DNA of 58,681 bases, counting the filler, from Vermamoeba vermiformis (Eukaryota): the NCBI GenBank assembly GCA_045837725.1. It is 6 parts of 6 records of this genome, joined end to end, with 100 filler letters (N's around TTAATTAATTAA, not from the genome) between each part and the next. Parts side by side here need not be neighbours in the genome. Positions count along the whole stretch, not along the records: positions 26,254 to 52,203 come from JBEWZL010000297.1; 5 more parts are not named here. One strand, written 5' to 3'. Positions 34,371 through 48,964 of the stretch are shown one piece after another. The stretch's first letter is position 1; every line of letters begins with the position of its first letter. The notes beneath the pieces were generated by a model that was given only the letters and a program-made list of their open reading frames with translations, was not told the DNA's origin and did no database searches. The position numbers were made by a program, and so were the translations under genes.

Positions 34371-36540
34371 TTAGGTGTCAAATATACCAGCAGCCATGAG
34401 TATAGGACTGTTCAATATCTTGACGTTCTTCACAATGCTGACTAACACAAATCGGCCCATTTTCTTGGCTGGTTCTTGCACGAATGGCACGGCGAAATCT
34501 CGCTCGATCTCCAGCGTTGCCTTGAATCGGTTCGAATGTATTCCTATTTTGGCAATCGATACCACTCGCACTGTCCTCTTTGCAAACGAAGATCTGAACG
34601 GTCACGTAAGTATTTGTGCCAAATAAGGAAATATTTTGAACTTACGTTATGAGGGTGTATTTTTCGTTTGGGGTGATCACGTGGTAAGTATGCAACATGA
34701 CGCGGAATTTCTTTAATTCTCCGATGGGATCTTCAACGGAAGATATCAACGCCCCCTAATTAAAGATCACATGTTAATGTTTTCATGAAGCAAACGAACT
34801 TTTATGGATAAGACTTACTTCTTGTATTTGATCGACAGTATTTCCTTTTAAGGTAATCACAGCCCAATCAGAAGCACTAACACTGTCTACTATTCGTCCC
34901 TCTTGTTCGATGGACTCGACAGTTACTGCGTTACTTCCCACTGAAAGATTATCGCCAGTACGAATAACTCCGCTGTGAACGCAAACAAACGTGATTATGC
35001 TCGTCATGGTCGTTCTCTATTATTAAATAAGTACATGATATTCATGAAATGACTACTGTTTTTTTTTGTTACGTACTTTGATGGTTCGAATAGCCGCTTT
35101 TAAATTTTTTTCGCTCCATGACTCTAACCTAGTAATACGCGCCTTCATATTAATATAACGGAAATAATAATGAACCCTAAATGGTACTTGCCTCGTATTA
35201 TATATTTCAGCGAGAATTTGTTGAATTGAGGGACCATTGTACCATGGCATCTTCTTCTCACTAGTATTGAATTCAGTGACCACATTTTCGCCTGTTTTTC
35301 CGTTTACGGGTACAATGTAGTAATTAGGAACTCCATGCTATGAACACAAAACAAATGTTATAACAAATCTGACTATTGAAGCTAACTATAATAATCCTAG
35401 TATTCCTAAGAGTATCGTATGTAGTATATTAAATTGCTTGTCGATTTTGATTTGTAACTAATTTCTGAAAGGAAAGCGGATGCAGGTAACTTACTCTGCT
35501 TAGCAGTGAGACTAAGAAGCTTCTGAACTTATTAAACATTGGCTGCGCGAATGATACTTCGTCTAATCGATTCACCGCTATAATTAACGTTCGATCTTGG
35601 GTCACTGCAAAGGCATGTAACGCCGATAATATTTTTGGGATCAGATCCACGATCGACATGCTATAAAATGATAAGATTGATTATTCATATAGTAAGTATA
35701 TTACTTACGACTTGAAGACGTTTGGATTTACGCATAAAATTCCGACGCCGTACGCGCCCATCATTACACGAGAGAAATTTTCGTATTTTGTATAAGAGAC
35801 CGCGACATTGACTGGCAATGTATCCACTAATAATAAATCTGCTAGATCAGGTGCATTAGTCCTATACATTCCACCTTCTGAAATATTCAGCCACCTAGAA
35901 ATAAATGGGTTGGATGCGATTTACCATAAAAGGAAAGTTCTGTCCAGGACTTACTTGACCAGCTTTTTTAAGGATTGAGCCGTTTCTATTATTTTCATAG
36001 GTGTTGCTATTGAATTGGATGCGAGCCAATCGTTCAAATGAGCTCGCCAAAGAGAATCCGTCGAGCCAAGTTTTGAAAATGATTTGCAAACTGATAGACA
36101 ACGGAGAAGATCACGTTTGTCCATAAAATAAAATACTAATTGTAATAGTTAATAAAAATACGATCCCTTCAATCTGATAAGCTTACTCTTGTTCAAGATC
36201 TCGGTTGGAAGCGTGCCAAACGGAGACTGGCTCGTGCTTTGAAATTCACGCTCCCTATTTTAAATATATAATAAGTAAAATATAGACGGAGGCAATAGAG
36301 ATTGAGTCTGGCCGTTCCGGAAAATTGCAATTTTAATTTTATTCATGAATAATTAAATAGGCTTCGATTTTAATGGTCTTAATTTCATACTTACGATAAC
36401 GTAATATTTTTTGGAATTATTATCTCTCCATTTGACTGGGCTTGATCTGATCTGGTCAATAAATTGAAAATCGTTGTTTTGCCTGATCTGTTGGTGCCTA
36501 CAATAACACAAACGAGCTTTTTGTGGCCAGTTTCTTCCAT
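34371..36540 (-). CDS. Divergent EF-1alpha/eRF3/Hbs1-family translational GTPase-like protein
   Basis: G1 VIVGTNRSGKTT, LLLVDT (degenerate G3), IIAVNRLD (G4), IVPVNGKTGENV, MPWYNGPSI; domain II VHSGVIRTGD; domain III MGRFVL...AAG. Confidence 0.8.
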
Positions 36541-36676
36541 TTGTGTATCTCTATATTCAAAAAATAAAAGCAAGACGCCGAAATTTTGCGAGAGGCTTTG
36601 CCTAGCAAAATTTCCGCAACAAAATCAACTTTTACAATTTATTTACAATACAAGCACTATACTATAGCTCGAGTGA

Positions 36677-38260
36677 CTATTTATCACCGTGCAAAGATGG
36701 TACGCGCTGAGTTCTTGATAAACCGACGCGCCTTCGGCTAGGTGATGGACCTAGGTTCATGCCGCTTGACTGCTCTCCGTTAGCTTCTAAAAATAGAAAC
36801 GCAATTAATATACTATCATAGCCGGGACCTATTATCAATTTTTTCATTATAGGGAGAAGAAGACTTACTTGATAGACCAGGCTTTTTCGGTGAACTGGTG
36901 CTGACGATCGGCTTCGATTGTGCAGCTGAGGTTGAAGCGGGCATAGCTGGTTTGGCTAAATAGTAACATTAGAACATATTATTACAATAATAATTAATCT
37001 TACGCTTAATTGGCGTGGAAGGACCGGATGTGACTTCTTCATCGCTTTCATTTTTCTTCTTTGGAGGCGATGAATTGCCATTTGCGCTAGCTGCTGTCTG
37101 CTTATTTCCACCATATTGATTATTTGCTTCGCTAGTAATTAAAGCTCTCTTATCTCGTTTCGTTTCAATCGCTGGTTGGTTGGATGTCGAGACGGATCTG
37201 TCCTCTTCTTCATCACTTTCTATTGACGGTTCTTTTTTCTTAGAAGTGCTACTGCTATTATTGACTTCTTTAATAGCCACTTCTTTCACTGGCGCTGTTT
37301 GTGGCTTTCTTTCTGGAACAATTTCTTTGACTGGTTCAATTACGACTGAAACAGGCTTTGGTTTTGGAACTTCTTCTTTTCGTGTTGAAGTCGACTCTGA
37401 TATTGACACGTCATCGTCTTTATTACGCTTTGCTCGCTTTGTGGGTGCTTTCTTTTCTTTGGGCTCCGCCTTTCGTTTCTTTGACTTGGATCTTTCTTCT
37501 TCAAACCCAAAATCAGCGTCATATTCGCCATCAGCTAAATGAAATTAATATACCATTCGTTAATAGAATTAGTAATAATTACCTTCACCGCTAAAATCAT
37601 CGTCGCTATCGATGATCCGTTTCTTCGGTGGTGTTCGTTCACGCTTTGTCGGTTGCTCTAAATCGAAATAATTTAGGTTAATTTTTAAAATAAATACTAC
37701 AACGTAAATAAGCAATAAAAGGGCTGCTGGTTGTTTCCCGCGCGAATTGCACGGCACGAATTTCCAGAAAATTTAAAAAAATAACGAATTAATTTCTACT
37801 TACTTTCTACAACCGGTTCACGAGGTGATAATTCTTTAGCTGGGGCAGGTGATGGTCGTACGGTTTGTCCGCCAATTTTAGGCAAATTTCTAAATGTTAC
37901 TACCGGTTCGTTATCGTCTTCCTCTAAATTTATAACTTCATCGTCATCAATTACGTTCTTTTTCTTGGGTTTAATAATTTCTGGAATTTTTTGCGCAATA
38001 TTATTGATTATTCTCCGACCGAGATCAAAGTCGTCGGCATCTCGATCTTCAACTAGCACAACGTCGTCATCGTTATCGTCAATAATAACGCTCGCAGGTT
38101 TTTTATTATTTTCTTTTTTCTTGCTGGGTTCACGTTTCTTAGGCCTAACTTCGTCGTCCTCTGCATCCTCACCGCTTAGATCTAAAGCGTCTTCATCTTC
38201 ACCGTCGCCAAAAGCAGCATAATCAACCTGCTTGCTGGCTCTTCGTGGTGTTCGTGACAT
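36677..38260 (-). CDS. RAD51AP1/NUCKS1-like intrinsically disordered protein
   Basis: N-terminal RRASKQVDYAAFGDGEDED resembles the NUCKS1/RAD51AP1 start. C-terminal RRVGLSRTQRVPSLH resembles the RAD51-interacting motif. The middle is charged and low-complexity. Confidence 0.7.
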
Positions 38261-38676
38261 GCGTAGATTTTAATTAACAGAATTATTTTTTCTCCCGATC
38301 AAAATGCCAAAAAATCAAAATTAATAGTTAAATTGAACCGGACGCAAAAGAAAAGAATCAATTAATTTTCTACCCGGTTGGGGCGCTACTAGGAAACGGA
38401 TCAAGATCGTAAGCTCGTGAAGCTTCACCTTTGTGGATGTAGCACGTCCCATGTATCAATTTTCTCCTCCCTAAAGCTCAGTACCGTTCATGGAACGCAG
38501 TGCGTGGTCATCTTGTACCATGTGATTTATCGAATGGGACTTTAGATTAATTAAAGAACTCCGCGAATCACCTCGACAAACTGTCGATTTGACAAAAAAG
38601 GCAGAAAGGAAAATTACAAGTTTCGGTCACAAGCTTTTTGTCCCGTGATTCAAATAGTGTAACATACAAGAAACTT

Positions 38677-41638
38677 ATGTTTGCCAACAAAATATTCTAT
38701 GTATCTGGAGAAATTGCAGATGCTCATAAGCTTCAACAAGTGTTAGTCGAGAACGGCGGCAAGATCTGTGCAACTCCAACTTTTTTGAGCGGACTCAATC
38801 AACTCGTTCAAAAAGAAGGGTGCATCAATGATTACATACCGCTCGAAGCAGAAGAACACGCAATTTTTGTAGTGGTGGACAGATTTGAGGGAGTACGTGG
38901 CAACGAATGCAGAAATTAGTGATTTTAAGCGCGCGTATCCGATTATCATGTATCTATTAATTTTATTTTTAGATTCATATCGAAAGTCTATTACTCAGTT
39001 TTCCAAGTAGTGGCTTTTCGATCAAATTTATTAAATTTTAAATATTAATTCAATCGATTAGCTCTCTATTTATACGCAAATTAAGCGCTTATTTAGTATT
39101 GACTATCACTCTACCGCGAGAGGAAAATGTTCTCGAGCGTTAAATTGCTTACAATTTATTGCGGTACTAACTTTCTTTGGATTTGCAAGGACTCGTTCCA
39201 CCAGCTGTGCGAGAAGAATGGCGCTCATATTATTGGCAAGTACACTCAATTAACGATATGCACAGAAAAAATAGTTTCTAACGGTCTTTTGTAGGTGTAC
39301 GCTGCATCTACGAATCTGTTCGCGATCGAAAACCGATTCCAGAAGGCAAAGAACATTACCCTTTATATTCTAGATTATTAGAAGGATGTAAATTCGGATG
39401 TTCCTCAATGAATAGCAACAAAAAGGTATGTACCTTGCGTACGAGACCAATCTGCCGAAAACATCCACAAATTCCATGATAATTCCTTACGTGACCCTTG
39501 ATCAATTTAGCAAATTTAACCTACTCATATTAATCACCAAAGATACCCTAATTTGTTTCGTACCGAGAATCAGTCCCCTTTGTGAGCGACTGAACCGTCC
39601 CAAATTTCTCGATCGATTGGACTTTAGCGCTTAGCTCGCGGAACTGACCGCCCTTATATAGGAAAATACAATCAAGGTCATCAAGTACATGCATGGCGAA
39701 GTTACCGAAGAAATTAACAGCGAAACTACTGCCTTGATCGCTACACGAGTGGGATCGATCAAGTATCGCGTAAGTAACTTTACTATAGCATGATAAGATG
39801 TTTTGGATTATACTCAATCGCTTACTATACTGCCTCATAAGTCTATTAAATTCAGGATCCCAAATTTAATTCGTTGCTAAATTTCGCTCGGTTCTTCGTG
39901 GTGTTCTAAACTGTCCCAAATTATCGATACAGTTCCGCACCTCGTGCTAATTCATGCAATGCACCTATTAATATTTCTCTACGATACAGCTGGCCTTAAC
40001 TTCCAAAATTCCAATTCTGGATCCTGCTTGGGTTTTCAAGTGCTGGTCTACTCAAACGCTTATGCCGATGGATGACTACAAATTGGCTCCTTTTACTGGC
40101 TGCGTAATCTCCGTGACGGGATTGAGCCTAGGTATGGGACAGGACTGATTTTGCGGTCCTTTGGACGTTGTGAATCAAAAGGCGCACCTGTGTACATGTT
40201 ACCGGACTTAATGGCCTCATCGGTCACAATTAGTCCCAAAAATCACAACGTACTTTAGGGCACATTAATTATACGCATACATATATAGTGTTGGCTACAT
40301 AGTACTAATTCAACGTTTTAGTCACGAGACAGGAGGTCCAGAGATTGATTTCTCTCAACGGCGGAGAATACTCGCCGAATTTGACTAAGCGATGCACTCA
40401 CTTGATCGCAAAGGTACGTGCCATGTTAATGCTGCTTAATTGAGAGCTAAGCCAATTGATTTTTAAAGAACGCATCTGGATTAAAATTTTTGTACGCGAT
40501 GGAGTGGGGCATCTATTGTGTTGGCTTAGAATGGTTCCTGGAGAGCATTAACTATCAAGTAAGCGAGTCTTAAGTCAAATTGAATCAAAGGAGACCAAAA
40601 ATCTAATCGTTTCAAAAGGGTTGCGTCGACGAGACAAGATACTTTTTGCCTATTGACGACGAGGCCAAACAAAAGCTGCTTACTCCTTCTATTAAAGATA
40701 TTAATAGGTACGTTGCAAAATTGCATTTCTATAATTACCTTTTTGAATTTGAATTGCCAAATCTTGCGGCGGAAGTTCAATTTGTGCGCGTACTAATGTC
40801 CCCTTTTAGACTCACACCAACACTACGACGTCGATATTTGGCTCAATTTAGACGGCGCGTGATCATTAAGCGACCTGATAGTTCATCCTCATCGAGCCTT
40901 AGCAAGGCCATGATACCGCTCAGTCAACTTTTGTTCCAAAGACAACTTCCGTCCCTATCTTTCAATGCTGCCACAACCATTCGCAATTCTTTCCCTTCAC
41001 TACCACAACCTTCCTTCATGCCACGATTAGATGACGATGACGCCATGACAGACGATGATAATGAAGAGTTGGACGATTTGATGAAAACCGAGGTCAACAT
41101 TAGAGACACGAGTTCAACTTTTGGAAGTTCTGTTTTGCCACAATTCGACGGAGTAGACATTCGAAAGTTCGTCGAGGCCTTGGCAAGCAATCATCTGAGT
41201 AAGTAGAATTCTTCTATGGAAAATTCGTGCGAAATTAAGCCAGATGCGTTTTGGATCAAAAATTGAATTCAGCTATATAAGTTAAAAATTCGTAAAATAT
41301 GTTATTATTTTTGAAATACAACTCTAATGCAAACGAATTCGCGAGTACTAACGAACATGAATAATTCAGATGCGGATGTTGAACGAATGATCGCCGCTTG
41401 CGATGAAGTGATCAAGTACTACAGCGAATTAAGCAAGAAAGAAGATATTGCTCCTCTTCTCGAGTTTATTAACCAACAAATTGAACTCTTGAGACAACAA
41501 GACGAAGAATCTACCTCGGCGAACAACGAGCCTAACGAAATCACAAACGAGACTAGTAATCAAGCTGCTGCTCTCTCTAGCGATGCTGGCACTAGCGACG
41601 ACGAGTGCAGCAAGATGGTCGATATTATTGACAAGTAA
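38677..41638 (+). CDS. Multi-BRCT protein similar to the N-terminal BRCT0-1-2 array of TOPBP1/Rad4/Dpb11
   Basis: LVENGGKI; IKYMHGEVTEEIN..TTALIATRVGSIKY; PILDPAWVFKCW; APFTGCVISVTGL; LISLNGGEYSPNLTKRCTHLIA; VGLEWFLESI. The start codon is uncertain. Confidence 0.82.
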
Positions 41639-42024
41639 TAATAACTGGCAATAAGATCGATTGTCGAAAAGATACGCGGATGCACCAACCACATCCGCGG
41701 ATCCTGTACAACACTGGTATTTTGAACATATTTTATTTATTAGCGCCAGAACCTGGGTTTCGATCACGATTGTATAATTTGTAAATAAACCAAAGTGAGT
41801 GAGAAACTTAACAGCAAAATCGGATCTTTCTCCATTCATTTGCTCGAAAAAAGATTTGCTCCTTGTAGATATCTAGATATTCTAGAATATAAACCACGTA
41901 TCTACAGTTAATATTTTGATATCTCACCCGTTTTATTTGAATATTTTTGCGGCAAGTCAAAACCCGCAAAACCGACCAATTTTACCTGGTGTCTCAAATT
42001 GAATTCAAATGTAATTGATATACA

Positions 42025-45000
42025 ATGGCGGAGCATAAACGAGGACAGTAAGACCAATTTCCCTCAAGTTTGCCTTGGCAATTCCAATTTCTGACTTTTC
42101 AATTAATTTCAGATCGCTTCGCGTGTCGAAAAATTCGACGATAAAGGGAAAGAAGAATATTCTTAAACAGGGGTTCCATGATGGAGTTAAATGGTACGTT
42201 ACTAATTCACAATTTAATTGAAAAATTATTCAAAAATATTTTTGTCCGTCTGCAATTCAATTAAAGGCCTATTATACATCTAAATGTTATTTAATTAATT
42301 TATTTTAAATTTTGATCACGTTGCTGTCAAGATTGAATTTCATTGTATTTTGACAGATCAACTTACCGCTAATTCTACAGGAGCGTGCATTCAGCACAAA
42401 AAATTCTTGGCCCTTTATTAAATCGTAGCAAGGTTAAGGATAATGTAGCTAAAAAGAAGGAAGAAGGACAAATTAGAATCAGAAACGCAGTATCGCGAAG
42501 GAAAATCGCTAGTATATTTAATCGTCCTGAAGAATTAGAACGGCCAAAGGATACTAATGAGAATAATAATAACGCGAATAAGAAGCAAAATATTTTTAAA
42601 GAACGGTTAGCGCAAGAAATTGACGAGTTCAATACCTACGAGGTTAAAACTCCCGATGACCTGCTAGAAGTAAGTCAATGCCTTTCAAATACCATATATA
42701 ATACAATTTGATCATTTAATAAGTTTAATTAGAAATCTAAACCTTTCCCTATTTAGCAAGTTTTCGTACTGACCTAGATCCATGAACAGATAACGTTTGA
42801 AAGGGCCGTTCATTGCTTAATATACCCCTTTGGCCACGTCAAATCAGAATATAAACTCGAACTCAGCAAGCTCGAGCAATACTTCAAATTTTCTGATCCT
42901 AATCGCGGATCCCAGATTATTTTCGCTCTCAAGACGTTTGGTGGTACTGACGTAAGTCTATATATACTCGACGATGTAGAGGTTAATCTAGTTGTAGTAT
43001 CGAATCAATCAATTGCAAGAAGAGCTGAAACAAGTCATGGACAAAAAAGGACCGTTTAACAAAGAAGACTTTAACGTAAGCTATTGCCATATTTATGCGA
43101 AATTAATTATATTAATGCCAATTTTTATTAGGATGAACAAGCGTTTTATAACTGGAGGTCGTTACAACAAAAACGAGCGGATAATGAAACTCAAGCTGCG
43201 AAAAATCCAGCGAATGTTTGTACTTACCAAGCGCTATCGCCTCAATGCGTAGGAAGATTATTTATAGGAGTACTTGAAGGCAAGAAACTCTTGAAAGACG
43301 ATACTTTGGGCAATTTATTTGTCATGGTCAAATACGACAAATCAAAAACCAAAACTACGATGACTTCGCAAGGTCCTAAGGCTAAATGGAACGAAGAAAA
43401 ATATTTGTAAGTATTTTATGTCCTATTAACGCCAATACTATAATTTTTATCAATTTTATTTTTCGTTACAAAAAAATTTCTAATTTTGTTTTGTATAGCG
43501 ACGTTCCAGTAGACAGGGCAGATAAAGATATAATAGTTAAGGTCTATACAACGGATCACAATTTCATTGGCGTTCAAACGAAGACCAAAGTGGCCGAGCT
43601 CAATATTCCAGTACGAAATTTTCTATTTAATTAAGCGTGCGATTATAGGCCTAATAAGTTAAATTAAATCATCTAGAGCTCCAAGTGGCGTGACCAACCA
43701 TCGCCACAGATTGAGTGGTTCTCGTTGAAATCACCAAAAGTAAGACCGATCGGATCTCACTTCAATTGAATCTGCTTAATCGAGATCTAATATATTCAAT
43801 AGAGTCCTGAAGCCAAGTTGAAGCTTCAAATAGTATTTATTTCGCAATCTCATGTTAATGACTTGCCGACACGGAGATTTAAAGACGTGCCAACTAGCAT
43901 AAAAGTATATCAGTAAGTACGCCTCAAAGTGATTCGTCGATTTATAGACTAATTGATTCTCAATATAGGACACTATTAGAACAAATAATAGGAGTTTCAA
44001 GTTATGCACAAAAGAGAAAAATTAACTTGATCAATACCGTCGAGATGCAGGGCTACATCGATCAATTTTGCAGTTATTATGGTATTCCTAAGAGTTATCA
44101 GCACTTGACGTAGGTTTCATATGCCAACTTCCATATAAGGAAATCATCAACGGAAACATGTTTTTTTGAGAATACGGATCCACGAGTCTTTTATGGATAT
44201 CTTGTATCAATTTCCTTTTTAGGTATCTGGACTATCTTTTGACGTACGTCACTGAAGATCGAGCGCATTTATCGAATATGTTCGAGTCATTGGTCAATTT
44301 AAAGAAATTTTCGTTCAAAACCAAGAACGAAGCTAAACGCTTGGAAGACACGCAAAATAGATTGAAATTATATTGCGAGAACGCTATTCAGAGCTGCACG
44401 AAGCTATTCCCGAACAATGACGCGGATTACGGCTTTGATTTTGTGATCAAAATGTTCACGTTTTTGTTCCCAAACAACTACGCTAATCTTATCAGAGACA
44501 ATACTGTGGTACGTACAACTTTTTTGCTTTATTTTTGAAAAGCGGAAATTTCAATTTTTTCTTGTCACCAAGTTTTTTTTGCATTCTTTTCGACTTTAAT
44601 CTAGCACTGAAGATCCGTAGTATATACTGAAATTTCGCTAATTTTATCATTTGCAGGTGATGTGCAAGTTGACATATGACTTGTTAGGTCCGTTAAAAGC
44701 CCTGGCAGCACAAGATCAGACCGGCCGCAAAAAAAGCAACGCGAAAGATCAACCAGGGCCACAAGCTCCGTTAGTCCCTGATATGTTCGTCGAGCCTAAA
44801 AACGATAAAACGAAGCAGCCGCCGCGCCCTTCAGTAGTGACACGTGAAGTGTTCCAATTGGCGGGAAATGTTGCTCATCAAGTTCACCCTGTTTCAACGC
44901 CTGTCAGTCCTTCACTAAGTCCTGAACCGAAGTACAGTTGCGTTGACATGATTGCGATTGTTGAGGGCCTTATGGAGTTTGTCGATGAATACGATTTCTT

Positions 45001-46884
45001 CTTCGACAAAGCCTTTCCAAAGTACGTCAAGCACCCTTTCCAAATTTAGAAAAGTCAGAAAAATACATCTATCTCAATAAGTTATTTCGATTTATTAATC
45101 ACTTTTGTACATTAGGGAGGTCGATATTGTTTGCACGGTAATCAACGCCTGTTACGACTCGCTCGAAGCAGATCTGAAAGATTTTTTCACGCTGACTAAG
45201 CATTCGAGAGATCTCGAGACTATTAGCGTCATCGATGTATTCACCGCGACTAAGAAGCTGTTCGACAGTTGGATTAAGCGTGAACAACGGTACGTTATGA
45301 TACTTTGACCTGTCAAGATGTCACATTTTCTGACATGTGTTTCTAGTGTCTCAGATTTCCCTCTTTACTCTTACGCTGTTAGTTACGTAGCACTTTGGTT
45401 AGAAGAGCTCAAGACTAAGTTGCGCGAATGGACCATGAATGCGCGTGAGTTGGACAAGTGGGAAAAGATCAGCAAAGACTCACCACATTCGTCGTCGTGT
45501 TTGGACTTAATGATGGCGTGTTCTCAAACAGTGGAGTTCTTAGAAGAGCTTTTCAGTGAATGGGACGATAACTCCGTACTTCTATTACTGCAACATTACG
45601 GCACTGTAAGTCAACCTAAACTTGTTTTGACAGGTGTCACTTTTTTTTGACATTTCTGTCATTTAGGTGATCGGCAAAGTGTCATTTTCATATGCTGAAA
45701 GTATGAAAAGATTTTTTTGCTTGGAACTTGGTGTCACCGAAGAGACCATCAACAACCTCGACAAAATGCTGTATGATCCGACCTTCCAAGTCTTCCCGAA
45801 GAAATTTGACTTTAAAATCTCCGAGAAGGTGCGTATTTTATACTATTCATATAATTCATTCACTTATTTTTGAATCACAGGCTTGTATCAAATTGAATAA
45901 TGTCGAGGCCTGTCGTGCCTATCTCAACGAACTTGTTGGAGACCAGATTTATCCGATCTACAAATCGCTTATACCCAAGTTTAAGGACGAAGAGCGACAG
46001 GTTCTCAGCTCCGAAGATTATATTTCTGAGAATTTCACAGAGTTCTTCAAGTCGATGAAGAAGACCCAGAACGAAATGATCGACATCATAATTTTAGGCG
46101 TAAGTTTATTTTTATGTCATTTAAATGTCTCTTCTGGAGTTAATTATCATATAGATGAGTAATACTATAAGATTGAACTTGTTGAATGTGTTTGGATACG
46201 TCATTAAGGATGAAAATCGATTGAGTTCGGCGTGGAAAAATATCAGCCCGAGGAAACAAGGACCAAAGGACAAACAAATGGAAGATTATTTAGAAGAGCA
46301 ATTAGAGCCGTTATTCAACTATTTGAACGAACACTTGAAGATTATGACGGATAATATGTACCACGAATTATTTTTGCGGTTGTTGCGACAGATCTGGCTT
46401 CACATTCTCGACATTATTTACAAAGTATTATTAATAGACGATGAAAAGAATAAGCCTAGTAGTTTGCAAATTGAAATCATTCGCGGATTGTATCAGGTAC
46501 GTGAAATTTCATCGTTCACTGAAAAATACTTTTACTAATCTTTGCATCTATTTTAGCCGATGAAGAGTAAGCGTAGCGATATGATTTGTAAATATTATGA
46601 CTAATGAATATACAGAGTTCTTCTATGCTGACGGCGAAGGTCTCAAACCTCGGATCATGGATCGAGATCTGACAAAACAAATCGTTATATTAGATTGCTA
46701 TTCAAAACCGACTAAAGAAGTAATTGCAGAATTAGAACGCGAAGAGAATTCGCCGAAGAATTCTTCGTTGAATGAGTTGAACAATCGCGAAACGAATGTC
46801 TACAATATGTTGTTCCAGTTATTAGTCTCACGCAAAAAAGACAAAGAAGCGTTAACTTATTTGGGAATCAAAAAGAAAAAATAA
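42025..46884 (+). CDS. Munc13/BAIAP3-like C2 + MUN (MHD1/MHD2) vesicle-priming protein
   Basis: C2 domain (GRLFIGVLEGKKL...KWNEE...IVKVYTTDH); WTMNARELDKW...HSSSCLDL; CIKLNNVEACR; LEPLFNYLNEHL; FFYADGEGL. Confidence 0.88.
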
Positions 46885-46985
46885 ATTGCTCTGTAATTAT
46901 ATAAATTTGTAATAATTAATTTTCAATTTTAAGTGCAGATCAAACACGGCGCCCGAAAATAAAAAAGTGATAATTTCATATTTAT

Positions 46986-48643
46986 TTATTGAAATACTCC
47001 CCATCCATGTAACTCTAGTTGATTCCTCTTATAATAATCGCCATAAATCGGAGAATACTGTCCTTCCATGTAGATGACTTTAGTGAACGTGTTGAACCAA
47101 TATTTGCAGACCAATGAGAGCACCATTAATTGCATATATTTTTTATTAAAATGATGCGGAGGTCGGTCACACATTCGAAATATTTTGGTCAATAGTTCCG
47201 GCAAAAATAATATTGATGTTTCGATTGATCCAGAATAAGCGTCCATATTAATTTTTTCGAATGAAATTCCATATTTAGGCATTAATTTGATTGTTTTTTT
47301 GCCATTAAATTCCTTCAAAATGAAATCGCCTTTAATCTTCTCTCGCTCAAGCAAAAATTTTCCGCTACGAGTCAAATAAAGCAAACTGTTGTACTTCTGT
47401 GACCGCATTACCAATGTCTTGCTAAAGTGTTCCATTCCAAGAAATTTTTCTCGTTTTTTAAATTCAAATCGGTGGACCTTGCCAACCACTTCTTGAAAGG
47501 ATCTAGTGTCTTTAATATGCAACTGCCATTCGACCACCGTATCCTTAGTCAGCTTATCGTATACTTCGTCTTCAAATGATACGGCAAGTTTTCCGGAATA
47601 ATCATTCCAAATGTTGTGCGTAACAGTAATTTCAGTTTCATCCGGAAACTTGATCCGCAAGGTTGCGTTAATCCTTTTAAAATAGCATTATTAATAAAGC
47701 GATATTATTATATTAATAATTTAATCATACTCGTTAAGCCAGGGTTTCATTGAAAATTGAAAAGTCAACGCAGCGTCGAACAAATAATAATCAGCAGGTT
47801 CAATCGAATCCGCAAAAGTTTGATGATCGGCGATAGTTATTGTAGGACTATATTCGCTTTCAAATAGATCTTTGATAAAGAGTTTCGCTTTGACTTCATA
47901 AGCGGCATCTGCATCCAAGACGATTCTTATTTTCCTTATAGGAGTCAGAAATCAAATTCATAATAATAAAATATTACTTATGAGGGTGATCTGAGACGGA
48001 TCTATAAGAAAATAGCGTTAGCCTAGAGCATTGAAAATTATTTTACGTAGGTAAGATCCACCTACATTTTCCATTCTTCAGTATTAAGCTTTCTGTAAGC
48101 TATTGCCGTAGGCATGCGCTCATATATCTCTGGTAGGCGAAGAGTAACCAGAAACGAATTATTTGTCTTGCATCGTAATAGATGTGGCAGTTTGCCGTTG
48201 GTTGTTAGAAAGGAAACGCAATCTGCACCAGATTTAGCTTATATCGAAATGTTAAATGAGTTGTACTTACACTTATGAGCGCCTCCTTCGGTGTTTACCT
48301 TATATTGACCCTTGGGTGGATTTTTAAAGATCCAAGCCCGACGAAAATTATCTCCAATATTTTTCCCGTGAGCTAAAAATTAGTTAAAATTCGTATTATT
48401 ATATAATTAATTTATTCTAAGAAACTTACGTGCAAAATCTTCGCCTGTATCGACATGTATGAACGAATATTTTTCAACGTAAAACGCATCCCACATTTCC
48501 AGGCGTAGTAATAATATTTCGTTTTCTTTGATGGTATAATCTACATCAATATAATACTCGTAACATTTACCAGATGGTGAAATTGAAGTTGCTTCGAGTA
48601 TCCTCGTCTCAGGCACGATCTCTTTCCATTCGTATACGCTCAT
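46986..48643 (-). CDS. Multi-exon protein with C-terminal F-box-like motif
   Basis: Exons in ORFs 48407-48682, 47721-47918 and 46986-47660; LPELLTKIFRMC...LSLVCKYW near the C-terminus. Confidence 0.65.
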
Positions 48644-48964
48644 GTTTCCAAGCAAATCCAATATCAAAATTGCTTGAAGCAATAAACAATAGTGGTTTTT
48701 CTTAAATTTAAATTGTAATTAATTACCTACGCTTCGGACAGTTCACAACCGTTTTTTTTCACTTTTTTCAACTGTCTTCCTTATTTAGCTTATTTAGCTA
48801 TCTAATCCATGACCTGAATAACTCAAAGAAGACCGTAGCTTTCTTCAGATTGACAGTTGCTAAAAAAGGCAAGCTCAACGAAAGCACGTGCTTATCAGAT
48901 AAAAAGACTAGTTACGTTGTTAGAGTTAATTAGCTAAATAGTGTATCGAAGTGAACACCACGTA

